Assembly: GCA_951406725.2 (NCBI GenBank)
Contig: OX597823.1
Span: 38,398,001-38,460,000 of the forward strand
Source: Octopus vulgaris
Lineage: Eukaryota
Reading direction: 5' to 3'
Length of the DNA stretch: 62,000 nt
The notes under the pieces were generated by a model, which worked only from the letters and a program-made list of their open reading frames with translations, ran no database searches and was not told where the DNA came from. Within the stretch, counting starts at the first letter, position 1; each line of letters starts with the position of its first letter. The translations under genes were made by a program, and so were the position numbers. Below are positions 24,661 through 38,148 of this stretch, in pieces.

Positions 24661-27600
24661 ATAAACTTGTTCCTTCAATCAAAGTATTTAAAATGTTCAA
24701 GACGTGAGATTTTGAAATATATAAGTTTGCAATATCCTATTGTAAAGTATCTTAACCACGGTTATAGCTAACCTCTAATACTTTGTCTTCTTGATTAGTT
24801 AGCTGCAACAAAATATTTTCTTTGAAATTTCTAAATTTAAGTCTTGTCAAGGTCTAGTTAAATGTATACTATAATTTATATGACAGTCATCTGTATCTTT
24901 GCTGCAGATGAACACATTCTCAAACTACACCTACTTTCTTAAAAAGAATATCTTAATGTAATTTATGCTGGTCTTTTCCTGAACAAAAAATGGGATGGCC
25001 ATGACTTGGTTTCTTTTCATCCTTGGCCTCTTTAACCAGGATTGGCTTGGAGCTAAGCAACAACAAACAAATCCTTCTGTTGTAGAAAATTTTTTTTATT
25101 TATTGAAGAACAAAAAAAATTTTTTTAATTCATCTGTTAGTGCTTAGCAAATTAATAAATCTAAAGAAATTCTGAATAATTCCTATATTTTAATTTTTGA
25201 TTTAATCAATTTTTTTTTTACATAGAGATTACATTTTAAAAATTGATATATAATTTCATATTGATGTTTCAGTTTTTCATACATTATTTTTGCATCTTAT
25301 ATCTATTAGTTTAAAAATCAAACGAATCTATGGATATATTCTATAGAAGATTATAACAACAAAATGAAACAAATACTGGTAACACATCAATAACTTAATG
25401 TCCAATCTTGGTGCCATAAGAATGTTAACTATGCTAATTGGTCTATCCAGTTTACTTTAACCTCTAATATTAGTGAACTTATAAACAATGTGTTAGTGAA
25501 TATATAAAGTTGGTACGCAACTGTTCACTCCAGAGAGAGTGGAAAGGTCCATTTCTCTCTTTTTGTGTCTGCACACACATACTGTATAGATGAATTGTTA
25601 TAACACAGTGTTGGCTAACAAAATATCTATAAATATGATCTATATTACACTATAGCAATGTAATAAAACATTGTTTATGCATCTGTAATTATCTTTTTTG
25701 CAAAAGACTATTATTGTCTGTCTGCCTGTCTCTCCTTCTCTCTTTCTCTCTCTCTTTCACACACAAACACATGCATACATATGAACACACTTAGCCTTTC
25801 TGTGAAGGACTTTGCATTTTAATTGTGGTCAGAAACTAATCTCTCAGCTTCAAATTTTCTTTAACTCTCTTTAAAGCTACTAATGTAATAAAAGAACATT
25901 ATATATGATTAAAATCCAAATTCATCACAGAATTTGATTGATATCACTATATTTTATATGCAACAAAATGTTACAAAAATGTCTCACTTCACCTAAATTA
26001 GAAAATTTGATACTTTGGTACATTGAGCTTAATTTGAGTTTAAGATGACTCAGAGTCATGCTAGCCTAGTTCTTGTTATGGATAGCTTATTGCAGGCTAA
26101 CATGTAATTAATACACACCTCTATTTGAGATTTTGCAGTGGCAATGATATAACTTTTTCACTTCATCTAGTCAAGTAATCCTAAAATATAATCTTTCATT
26201 CAAACACACCACCATACATGCAAAAACATTCACATACTCTCATGCACTTGGAATGCGGATAAATATTGAATGTACTTGTAATGAATACATTATTGTATTT
26301 TTTTGCAATGTTCTCAATAATTGTCAGTGTTTGAATTGTTCCATATTTATAGCTATGATAAAATATTTATGCACTTAACACTATCTTGTAATCCTTTACT
26401 AGATTAATATCTGTACACACCAATGCTCTTCATTAATATTAGCAAAGTTGCCAAGAAAACATTTAGTCATACATGATTTCATAGTTTTTATGAATTTATA
26501 TAATATGGTATATTGTATGATGAACAAAGCGTGATATCTATGGCTAATATAATATTGTTGAAACCAATGTTATTAGAATGAAGTGATATAAATAAAATTA
26601 TAATAACAATAGTTTTGACCTTTATAAGACCTTCAGATGTAGAGTATGACTTTATTCTTTTATTTTTTTTACTAGAATTGTATGTAGGAATTCAGTGCTG
26701 CATAAACAATCTAATGTGGGTATATATGTCTTAAAGCTAGTAATAATGTATTGTGTAAACTGAAAACTAGATTGTTTCATATACATGAACCAAAATCTGT
26801 TGACAAAACAGTTGGGAAGACCCTAAGCTTTACCAATGATGAAAATATAATTAAAAGTTGTGATTTGTTTATTTTATTATATTCTTTTTGAAAGATTAGA
26901 AACCTTTATCTCTGTTTTGCATTGCTTTAAATACACAATGTATTCTGAATAAAGCTTGCATTATGAAAAACAAAATGATATAACTTACTTAGTTTTTACA
27001 TCATTACAGGTAAGATAGGTTGTTTATTCAGTAGACCATCAGACATTGCTCTCCCAGTGCTAGTAAACCCATTCTCCTTTTCTCTATATAATTTTCAGCA
27101 TTGGGTGCCTGCCTGGTTAGCATTAGAAAGGGCATCTGACTATAAAACAATGTCACACCATATTTGTTCAAGCATGGAGAAATGGAGATAAAATAAAGGC
27201 ATGAATCTCTGAACTATCCACTTCATCCCTCCATCTTCTTCATTGTCATTCTTTGTTTCTTTTGTGTTGCATCGGAATGAAGTGTGTCATCTTTATCATG
27301 AACCTGTTGTAATGCATCCTCTGGATGCATCCAGTTTTATGAACTTAATCCTGATATGTAGTTTTGTTTTGTTTTTGGATCTATTTCATTGTTTTATGAT
27401 TCTTCTGCACTATTCCACACTTAATTTATTTGTGACTATATTGAGTTGTTTATAGCCTGTTTGTTTGGTTCCAACTAAAAACGATACAAACAGAGAAAGA
27501 AAAATAAATAATACAGCAAAATACTTCAGATTGGCAAGCCTTCAGGGGAGTAATTACTATTTTTAGAAGCATAATGCGACCAAGAGTTGTTTAGATGAAG

Positions 27601-29454
27601 TGAATATTGTATATTGTCCATAAACACTGAAGGAAATTTAAGAGTATGCCTGTTGTTTAAAAAATGTGTGTTATTATTTAGCCTTGTGTTTTCATTGGTT
27701 GAGCGGACCTTATGGTCAAAGGTTTTCTAGTAGCGACCATCTAGTCTTTTCAGGCATAGTCTTTAGTTATCCACTATATTCTCCCTTTTCTTAATGACAG
27801 TAGATTATGGCTTAAGATATTTCTAGTAAGTCAAACAGAGGCTTTCTCATTGGCTGTTAGACTGTCTTTAATTTTACAAGTTAGTGAGATAAGAGTAATA
27901 TAAGTAAAGTATCTGATGTAGCATGAATGAATACAGTATAAAACTTTAAAATTTAAAGCGCTTAAAAATTTTTTAAATTGGTGTTGTAAGTGAATTTATC
28001 AAAAGTTTTTCTTTTTGGATATTGAATAATGAAATTTATAGACAACAATTGTACTAGCTATGTATTCTGAACTATTCTATAGTGATTTTTATTTATTTAG
28101 CCTACTGAGATTTGGACATGTAAATCTGAGCACATAAACATGTATAAGAACCAACATAAATAAAATTAAACTTGAATAAATGTTTTATTTTCACTTTACA
28201 TCTAATACAGAAGGTAATTGAAAAGATGCAGTCAGGTTTTGATGTGATAAGAATCTTCCCCTTTCAGCTATTATCAGTTTCTTTTGGAAATAAACAAATA
28301 TTATTATTGCAGACCTTATACTATTAAAGGTCATTGTTTCAAGTTGCGGCTATTTTACTATTACCAAAACTATCCATATGGCCATTTAGATAAAAGAAAC
28401 AAATCTGCTTTTTATCATGAGTGCTTATAAGCTCTTTCATTCTTGTTGCAGCAGTAAAGCATCACAGCCAAACTTCTGTCATATGTCAATCATTGAATGG
28501 AAGCATGCCTTTATTAAGAGATAATACTATTTTTGTGTTTACAAGTATTTATCCAAATACCATTGTAATCATATACAATTGGAGTAGATTGTATGATGAT
28601 ATTTTTGCATAATTAATTAGCATTAACAGTCTCTTAAAACTTAAATCTTTGTCCCAAACACAATTAGAAATATATTTAATGGAAGACGGCAATGGATTAA
28701 CCATTAGTTTTAATAATGAGTGTTTAAGTGTTAGATTAACCGAACTCCTGCTGAGATAATTACATGTAAGTAGCTGAATATTCCACAGCCATATGGAATG
28801 TGTTCCTTTAATGTAAATGTCAGGGTCAGTCAGTATGACAAAACATGGTGAAGCTGGACCTTTGAATTAGAGAAACAATACATCTGAAAGAAAGAGAGAG
28901 GGAATTTAATCCCAGCAGTGGACTAGTAGTTTATTGACCTTAAAAAGATGAAAGACAGTATTGAATTTGGCAAGATTTTAACTCAGAGTACAGAGAGCCG
29001 GAAAGAATGCTACAAGGTATTCTATTTGATTGTTATCATTCTGCTAATATGACACTTTTTCAATGAAAGTTATTTGTTTGATAAGAATACTTTTTAATTA
29101 ATCAGTATTATATTTTTATTGACATCCCCCCAAAAAACAACATGAACTATCTCAATGGATCATTTCAGGTAAAAGCTCTTGGCAAACACATAGATAAAAG
29201 TAATATTTAATCAAACACTTTTTCACGCCTGGTTGCGTCAGGTCCAATTCATTGAGGCAGATTTCCTACAGTCAGACACACTTCCTGTCACCAACCCTCA
29301 CCTGTTTCCAAGAAAGGTAATATTTCCTCATGGTCAGACATGTTTTTCATGAAAGATTAGAAATGTACAACCTCACTAGCATGATGATGATAATCATTCA
29401 GAACCATTGCATGATGTCAAGATAAGGGTACACATAAAAACACACACATACATA

Positions 29455-29590
29455 TGATGGGCTTCTTTCAGTTTCCATCTACCAGATCTATTCATAAAGC
29501 TTTGGTCAGCTTATGGCTATAATAGAAGACATTTGCCTAAGGTGCCTCACTATGGGATTAAGCCCAAAGCCACATGGTTGGGAATCAAGC
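29455..29590 (-). mobile_element. SINE (same family as 3.1 kb)
   Basis: Reverse complement of ...CCACATGGTT...GACCAAAGC...GGAAACTGAAAGAAGCCC. Confidence 0.7.
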
Positions 29591-29625
29591 TTCTTTATTC
29601 CCAACACACAGATATACATTATCAT

Positions 29626-29845
29626 GTCCAGTAAGTTCACCATCATCAATTCACTGCAGGGAAAGTTCACTGGTTTTTTTCAATAAAATAGTTTTTAACT
29701 ATTAATGGTGAGATACAATGGATATATTTTCTTGGTAAACTTTCCTCATGGTGAATTCTCTTCATGGTGAATTGACAGTGGTGAACTTTTCCTGTGGTGA
29801 ATTTATGGTGATGAACTTTCTTTGCAGTGAACTTACCTGTAACCA
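29626..29845. mobile_element. Possible MITE with internal GGTGAA(C/T)T repeats
   Basis: Ends GTAAGTTCACC ... GTGAACTTACC are inverted; many short GGTGAA-based repeats in both orientations; no clear TSD. Confidence 0.4.
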
Positions 29846-30787
29846 TACATTATACACACATTCACTCATAAATTTATTTTATAGAAAACAATGTGTAAAG
29901 AATTAACCTGACATGACAATTAAAAACTGGAGAGTAAACCATAACTCATTTTTGAAATATTAAATTATGATTGTTGTTATTGTTGTTACTGAACTGTACA
30001 TTATTTCCGACTGAGTTTCTCTAACCATGGCCATCCTATCCAGTTTTTTCAGACAACCTATCTCAGATTACATTATCCAATATGTCTTTCCTCCCACCTT
30101 TTTATATATATTTTTAAATGATGTAGTAGGCTTTGAGGGAAATTTGGTTGCTATTTCTAGCTGGTCACCCAACCTCAAAGAGGCTCCCTCAATAGCTCAT
30201 TAATGTATGATTATTTGATGTGGTTAAATTTTACATCAGTTGCCACAGTCATTTTAGACACTGATCAACTCATTGACCTGGAAGTCTATGGTGCTTTTAG
30301 TACTCAGGATCAATTATTTATGGTTTATTATTAAAATGCATTTGTAAAGTAAGCCTGTCCATTAAAAGAGTTTACTAGACAGAATGATCTAAAAGAAATT
30401 TTGAATATGTTTCTATTAACTCTGCATTGATAATTATAGCTTTAGGTACATGCCTGATAGCATCATGCTTCACTGTAGCTTATTATTATTTTACAAACTG
30501 TGTTTCTCCATTTGATTATTTATCAAATTAAAGCATCTTGGTACAATAATAAGATAATGTAAATTATGAAATACTTTGTCTCCTTATAGAAAAAAATGAA
30601 GTGGGAACGTTCCAGTGGATATGTGTATGAATAACATTGTATAATTAAGCTAAGAGGAAAACTAGGTGTCAAAAGGAATCAAATGTAGTTTGTCTAAGAA
30701 AAGACTGCACTGGTATGGACATGTGATGTGTCTGAAGTTTGACATAAGGAAGTTTTAAAGCACACAAAGTGAATTAAATCTGTGGAA

Positions 30788-30985
30788 TAGTGAAAACTGT
30801 TCCCAAAGTAGTGAAAACCCAAAGTAGTGAAAACCGTTCCCAAAGTAGTGAAAACTGTTCCCAAAGTAGTGAAAACTGTTCCCAAAGAAGTGAAAACTGT
30901 TCCCATAGTAGTGAAAACCATTCCCAAAGTAGTGAAAACCGTTCCCAAAGTAGTGAAAACTGCTCCCAAATTAGTAAAAATTGTT
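30788..30985. repeat. 21-bp minisatellite TAGTGAAAACTGTTCCCAAAG, ~9-10 copies
   Basis: Head-to-tail units with no spacers; the second unit is shortened and the last is degenerate. Confidence 0.95.
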
Positions 30986-31319
30986 CTTTCATCCCCAAGT
31001 TGCTTCTTTGTCTATCCATTATACCCTCACTCTCTTTCTACTTTAAAAACCACTGACCATTTCTATGACTGTCCATTATTTTTTCCAACTCTCTCTCCCC
31101 ACCAATATTCTCTATCTCTCTTATTACACCTGCCATCACTATCTCTTTAATATTACTGTTCCTCTTCCCTCCTTCTAGCACTGTCTTTTTCATTTCTCTC
31201 TCTAGTCACTCTGTCTCCTTGCCATACTCTTACTTCTTTTCCCCTTCCCACTCTGGTTTATCTTTCACAGTCACTCTCTGTCCTGCTACCCACTCTGTTG
31301 ATCATGTTGTCCTGAATGG

Positions 31320-31590
31320 AGACCTCATGCAATTGCTGTGATCCCTTTTGCCTTGCAGGGTAAAAGGCAACCTAAAAAGTGCTAGTGCTGTAATGAAATG
31401 TTTCCATTACACTCTGTAAAATAATTAGTGAATGAGATAAGACAAAATAGTGTTGAAAAGTCCCTTTCATCTTGTCTTTCTGTGGAAAATTGACTCCAGG
31501 ACTTATTTTCTAAGTACTTATTTCATCAGTTCCTGTTGCTGAACTACTAAGGACATAAAGACACCAACATCAGTTGTCAAGCAGTGGTGG
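31320..31590 (-). mobile_element. Degenerate SINE
   Basis: TTGACTCCAGGACTTATTTT...CAGTTCCTGTTGCTGAACTACTAAG resembles the reverse of the SINE heads elsewhere in the window. Confidence 0.45.
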
Positions 31591-31713
31591 AGGACAAACA
31601 CAGACACAAAGACACACACTCTGGTTGTGTGTGTGTGTATCAACATCATTATTACTCATTAAGATGGGTTTGAACCATGTCTGTCTCATGTTCTATATGT
31701 GTGCATGCACATA

Positions 31714-33027
31714 CAAGGAGGTACCCAAAAGAAACCGAAATTTTGCAATATTATTTTACCCACTTAGTTTTACATGTTTACACTTTTACTGCCTTCAAAG
31801 TATTCTCAATTAGAAGCAATGCATCAGTCCAGATATATTTTCCACTGTTTAAAGTAGTCTTGGAACTCTTGCAAAGTGATGCCTTTTGATGCCTCTGTTG
31901 TTTTTTTCTTCACCTCTTCCACATCTGCAAAACGTTTTCCTTTAAGGACTTTTTTCATTCAGGGGAACAAAAAAATGTCACCGGGAGCAAGATTGGGTGA
32001 ATAGGGAGGGTGGTTAGGCAGGGCCATGTCATATTTGGTCAAAACCTGTCTCACACTTAATGCAGTGTGTGCAGGCACATTGTCATGGTGAAACCACCCT
32101 CTCCACTTTGTCACAAGTCAGAGTGTTTTCATCTCATCACTTCTCACAAATGCTTCAGAATTGTCAAGTAAAATGTCTGGTTAACAGTTTGACCAGGAAG
32201 AAAAAATTCTGTGTGGACAATTCACTTCACATCGATGAAACAAATCAGCATCATCTTGATATTGGACATCACTTGATGTGCTTTTGGGGGGCATGCTGAT
32301 ATTGAATGCTTCCATTGACTTGATTGCTACTTCGCTTCCAGGTCATAGCTATAGCATCAGCTTTTGTCACCAGTGATGATCTTCGAAAAATGGTCTGTAT
32401 CAACTTCCAACTGTTCTTTCAGTTCACAACATGCCTTCAGCTGTAACTGCTTCTGATCTTCTGTGAGCAAGTGAGGCACAAATTTTGCTGCAACTCTTTT
32501 CATTCACAATTCCTCGCCCTAAATTCATTGGCAGGGGCTGCAGGACATGCCAGTCATATCAATAAGTTCGTCAATTGTTTTTGGCAACTCCAAGATCAGT
32601 TCATGAATTTTTATGTTTTCATCCATTTGAGAGGTTGATGGTCTTCCTGAATGAGGTGAGTCTTCAAGTGACAAGTGATCATTCCTAAAGCCTGAAAACC
32701 ACTCATGAACTTGTGTTTTGCTCAAGCAGTGAATTTGTAAGATGTTTGAGGCATGATGACTATTTCTGCTGCTGTTTTCCCTGGCAGAAAGCAGTATTTC
32801 ATGGAAGAATGCTGTTCCTTTGTTTCAGCCATTGCAAAAATCATTGAACAAGGGAGAAGCACTGCAATACAGAGATGCACCATGTGGCAGTACTACTTCA
32901 CTTGCCAATACTGGTTAGCAGACTGATGCCTGAGGGTCACATCACGTGGCTTCTAGCTTCAGAAGCCTGAACTACAACAGACTTGTCCCATAGAGAATAT
33001 TTCTGGTTACTTTTGGGTACCCCTTCG
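31714..33027 (-). mobile_element. Full-length decayed mariner (DD34D type)
   Basis: TIRs CAAGGAGGTACCCAAAAGAAACC / GGTTACTTTTGGGTACCCCTTCG, TA at left, ~1.31 kb; transposase remnant HEWFSGFRNDHLSLEDSPHSGRPSTS with many stops and frameshifts downstream. Confidence 0.85.
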
Positions 33028-33327
33028 TGTGTGTGTGTGTGTGTGTGTGTGTGCATGAAGTTTGAGTATAAAAGGTATTCACTAACCAGCTCATTAACTG
33101 TAGTGTCAAATCCATTCTAGGTACATTTTGGCATCTCTGAACAGGCACTGCTTCAGTATAAAAGTCTAAATGTTTTATTGTAGCTAGGGGAAATATAATT
33201 TCAATGATCTTGAGAGAGTTAATGTCTTAGACAAACATTTTACATAGGAGTTTTGTCTCTCATTGGCTTAAAGTTTAGGAAAGTTGTTCTATAGGTTTAC
33301 AAAAAAAAGACTTTATTTAGATACATA

Positions 33328-33710
33328 TGTGGAAGCACTCCGTTAGTTACGGCGATGAGGGTTCCGGTTGATCCGATCAATGGAACAGCCTGCTCGTGAA
33401 ATTAACGTGTAAGTGGCTGAGCACTCCACAGACACGTGTACCCTTAACGTAGTTCTCGGGGATATTCAGCGTGACACAGAGAGTGACAAGGCCGGCCCTT
33501 TGAAATACAGATATAACAGAAACAGGAAGTAAGAGTGAGAGAAAGTTGTGGTGAAAGAGTACAGCAGGGATTACCACCATCCCTGCCGGAGCCTCATGCA
33601 GCTTTAGGTGTTTTCGATCAATAAACACTCACAACACCCGGTCTGGGAATCGAAACCGCAATCCTACGACCGCGAGTCCGCCGCCCTAATCACTGGGCCA
33701 TTGCGCCTCC
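33328..33710 (-). mobile_element. tRNA-derived SINE, relatively young
   Basis: Head GGAGGCGCAATGGCCCAGTGATTAGGGCGGCGGACTCGCGGTCGTAGGATTGCGGTTTCGATTCCCAG; CpGs retained; 3' half homologous to the 1.5-kb SINE. Confidence 0.85.
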
Positions 33711-34616
33711 ACTTAGATACATATATTATATTTGGATACATATATCACCATCATCATCCTTCTTCACATCAACATTTTAACATTTGTGTTTCTATGTTGA
33801 CATTAGATATTCATTGGATGATATTTAACTCACTTTCTTCGACCTTTGGAGATTTTCTAACTCAGTGCTTGTGTTTTTCTACTCTGTAGCAGTATACTCT
33901 TCATACGAACTTCTATAATCTACCTTTTGCACAAGCGAAACCCTTGTTGCTACACTAAAGAGATCCTTTATTTCATAATCTCATTACTCAAGAAATGCTA
34001 GCCTTAAGAACTATAAGAATCAATGCTGATTCTTGCCTGTAACTCCTGTTCTTCACTGAACTCACATCTTGTCCCAAATTTGTTTACTTACACTCTCAAC
34101 AACTATTCACATACATCTATTTCCTGCAGTGTCAGTGGGAGGTCTTGTCAAAATTTCTGCAATGGCAAATATAGACTAGTTTGTTCTGCACTAAAAACTT
34201 CTATTACATCTTATCTGAACAAACTCTGTTTTGTATTAACATTATCAAAGACAGTTCCTATATAATATTGTATACCGGTTTTTATATTACATAATAAATG
34301 AGAACACTTCTTGGGAGGCTTAGTGTTCAATCTAGCAAATGTATTTAGACTTTCAGCAAGAATTATGAATTAAAAACCTTGGAGCAGTGTTAAGAAGTAC
34401 TGAAGATTATATGTTAGTATGGTCATGCAGAATATTATATTGTGTGTGTATGCATGTGTCTGTGTGATTAGGAATCAGTTAATGATTTACTTTGTAACAA
34501 ATATATATGTGCTTGTACACATAGAGAACATGAGACAGACATGGTTCAAACCCATCCTGGAAGGCAGTAACTTTTAATTAGTAATAATGATGTTGACACT
34601 CACGCACACACATACG

Positions 34617-34651
<35 letters not shown>

Positions 34652-35269
34652 AGACAGACAGAGTGTGTGTGGTCAGTGTGCAGTGGCTAGGCCAGTTTTA
34701 ATTGCTGGAAGCAAGTCAGGTGATTGAACATGTAGCAGGCCAGGAATATTGTTGTTACTAGCTAAAGTACTTTGGTGTAAAGCTAAACCCTCAGTCCAAA
34801 TGTAAAGCCATCAAGAGCCAGCTGCTCTGCACCACTTATTCCATAACACTTGTCAAATTGATAGACCATGTCAGGTGTATGGAAGCTTTGCAGGAGTGAT
34901 TTTCTCCTATGATAACAATTAGATAATATCTCTGATTTCCAGCTAAGTGTTAATTAATATTGCTGTTTCAAGATCTGCAGTTTTTCAGTAAGGTTTAGTC
35001 TATAGTTTTGGGATCTGTAGCTTCGCCAATGATGTTCTATGACATGGAGATATGCTTTTTAATCTGTGGCCCCTGAGTTTCCAAACAAATTTAGACAAGA
35101 AAATAGTGTTTATCTTGTTGCTAACTTGAATGGGTTTAGAGGTTGGTAATATTGGCTTTTGACTGCATTCACAATGGGTCCTGTATGATTTCTTTCAGTG
35201 CCATTCTGGAGTGTTATAGATACTCTCTCTCTCTTTCTGTTTCTCTATCATTCACACACACACTCAAAG

Positions 35270-35560
35270 CATTGGCATTTGGTATCCTAAAACCAAAGTG
35301 CCATGTAAAAAGCATTGGTATTTGTGCCATGTAAAAAAGGGCTGATGATAGTGCCATGTAAAAGAACAGGTGATGGTACCATGTAAAAAGCATCCAGTAC
35401 ACTCAATAAAGTGGTTGGTACTAGGAAGGGCATCTAACTGTAGAAACCAAGCCAAAACAGGCTATAGAACCTGGTGTGACCCCTGGCTTTGCCAGCACCT
35501 GTCAAGCTATCCAACCCATGTCAGCATGGAAAACAGATGTTAAATGATAATGATAATGAT
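35270..35560 (+). mobile_element. RTE 3'-UTR-derived short copy with (GAT)n tail
   Basis: ...GGTACTAGGAAGGGCATCTAACTGTAGAAACC...CCAACCCATGTCAGCATGGAAAACAGATGTTAAATGATAATGAT; related copies at 47275-47472 (+), 50335-50575 (-) and the 6.3-kb element. Confidence 0.7.
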
Positions 35561-36194
35561 ACATCACCACTTTAGTGAAGTTAGATCCTCTAACTGGTCA
35601 GCTTGATGTCTGCAACTACAAGCTAGCTGTTGAGGCTCGAATCTGCCTAGGTGTGTGTTACAGGTTGTATTGTGTATAGCTGGGGTATATTGTCTTATAT
35701 GTGATAGTAAGTTTTATACATGAAAAAGTATCTTAAAGTAGAAGCTATTTTTAAAATATTCATCAGCTGAACACTTTAAAAATGAACAAGAGTAAATATA
35801 TACTATATTGAAATAGTTTTAAGAATATCCAGTTTTAATTTACTATACAAAGTATGCAAAATGCTACATTGGTGCTATTGAAAATATATTTTTTTACAGT
35901 TTACCATTCCAGTATTATATTATATTAGAGCTATTTACAGTTTGTGTTATTTTATTTCATTTACTAAATTTATTTAGGATAAAATAAAAAGAATCTCAAT
36001 AAATTATATTATGCTAACTTAAAATTATATTGCAATAATTTCCTTTGTAACAAATAAAGGTATGTTAATGGTATTATTTAATTTATGGCTTAAAATAACA
36101 AAGGATAAAGAAAGTTTTAAATAGTGTATGAAGTATATTGTTGCTCTCACCAATCATCAATAATGTAGTTCTTGATTGTTTGGCCTACAAAAGA

Positions 36195-36249
36195 CAGTAG
36201 CGCTATGCTGATTGGTGAGCTGTGCAGTCACCAAAAGCATTGCTTACTG
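36195..36249 (+). ncRNA. Pre-miRNA-like hairpin (candidate)
   Basis: CAGUAG/UUACUG, GC/GC, AUGCU/AGCAU and UUGGUGA/UCACCAA stems (~20 bp) with a 9-nt loop, in non-repetitive sequence; no known miRNA recognised. Confidence 0.3.
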
Positions 36250-37156
36250 GCTATGCCATCTTTAGCTTAGGGATTTATAGCCAGATAAAATAATGTTGAT
36301 TGCTGAACTGTCAGTCAAGTAGGTTGAAAGCTTTATTTAGGAACTAATTCTGCTTGTATTCCAAACATTTTTATTTGTAGCCATATGTGGCACTGTAAGC
36401 TGTGATGCAGGACATGGCAGTGCAACTTGTATTCATCAGATCACTGCCAATTAACTACATCATTGGTTGCTTTCAACATCTATATTTTCTAATTATGCTG
36501 AATGGAAACAAACTGAAATGTGTACCTGGATTAATATTTTCCCATACATACCTGTATGTATTTTTTCTTCCTTATATCTGTCAGATATTGTTTGGTAAAT
36601 GGCCATAGTTTGCCTCAATTCTTTAGGAATTAGATGCAACATAGCTCGACAGGTAGGTTATTTTCATTACAAATTAAAAACATTACAAATGAAAAATATC
36701 TCTCATTATACTAAACTTCTTTCTAATTATATTTTCTCAATCATTAATAAGATCTGCTCTTTTCATTTGTCAATTAAAAATAAAATTCGAAATACTTATG
36801 TAAAATTTGTTATTTTTGTGACAATATTTCAATATTCACTCATCATATGAAAGCCATCTGTTTTTGTATTTTTTAATCAGCCAGACAGGTTAGAATATAC
36901 ATACATGCATAAATATGTATATATATATATATATGATTGTCCAAGGGCATTTTTACAGCTATATCTGATAACGGTTATTTTCAATACTTTTCTCGCTGGA
37001 TTATGTGTTTGTTTCTCTTTTGGTCATCAGCAATTTTATTTTTGATCTTTTATATAAATGAAGATATTTCCTCCGTCTGGCTGTTTTTCTCTCTACAAAA
37101 CGGAAAGTTACATTATAGAACAGTTATTTTTACGAGTTGTATTTATTTATTTTTTC

Positions 37157-37244
37157 ATCACCCGATGAGATACATCTGAACCAGTTATTGAGTGTCCCAC
37201 ACAAAAGGAATTGATGCTAGATGTGTTGAAACAATTGTCGTGAT
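37157..37244 (+). ncRNA. Type-I hammerhead-like motif with long loop II (variant core)
   Basis: AUCAC-CCGAUGA-GAUACAUCU-(41 nt)-AGAUGUGUU-GAAA-C-AAUU-GUC-GUGAU: stem I 5 bp, stem II 9 bp (2 GU), palindromic ACAAUUGU stem III, GUC triplet, U4->C. Confidence 0.65.
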
Positions 37245-37292
37245 TAATAATAAATTCTCATATATTCCATCTTCTGTCTTTCATTTGTTATG

Positions 37293-37323
<31 letters not shown>

Positions 37324-37553
37324 GTATTTATATGTATGTATTTATATTTATATTTATATGTATGTATTTATATTTATATGTATGTATTTATGTGTATATG
37401 TAGGTATATATATGTATTTATATGTATATGCATGTATATTTATATGTATATGCATGTATATATGTATATATATGTATATATATATATATATGTATGTATG
37501 TATGTATGTATATATGTATATGTATGTATGTATATATGTATATATGTATATGT

Positions 37554-37695
37554 AAAGGTCTTAGTTGCCAATTTTGTACAAGACATTGTAGATCTTTAGC
37601 TGGGCTAAAAAGTCACATTCGATCACAGCACCAGTGACAGTTAAGCTTCGTGCAATGGCCATACTCGATAACGAGGGGGCAGCCATAAAAAAAAA
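37554..37695 (+). mobile_element. RTE-clade LINE extreme 3' end with A-tail
   Basis: [27 protein letters not shown] (C2H2-like RTE C-terminus), then ATGGCCATACTCGATAACGAGGGGGCAGCCAT and poly-A. Confidence 0.7.
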
Positions 37696-37720
37696 ATATA
37701 TATATGTATGTATATATATA

Positions 37721-37755
<35 letters not shown>

Positions 37756-38079
37756 GACTGGCCAGACTGGAGCAATCTCAAGAATAATATATATGTATAT
37801 ATATGTATGTATATATATATATATATGCATATATATGTATGTATATATATATGCATATATGTATATATATATATGTATATATATGTATGTATGTATACAT
37901 ATCTATATATATATATATGTTTATATATATATATGTGTATATGTATGTATATATATGTATGTATGTATATATATATATATATTTGTATATGTATGTATAT
38001 ATATATATATTTGTATATGTATGTATATATATATTTGTATGTATATATATGTATATGTATATGTATATATATGTACATA

Positions 38080-38141
<62 letters not shown>

Positions 38142-38148
38142 TATTGTT

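Noticed and set aside
24679-24686. TCAAAGTA as a target-site duplication of the 23.6-kb LINE end
   Set aside because: It is in inverted orientation to the tail repeat and ~800 bp away; chance is likely.
30788-30985. CRISPR array
   Set aside because: Repeats are contiguous with no spacers, no cas genes, and the context is eukaryotic.
36197-36215. Similarity to 7SL RNA (GTAG.GCGCTATGC.GAT.GG)
   Set aside because: The match is under 20 nt and neither flank resembles 7SL.
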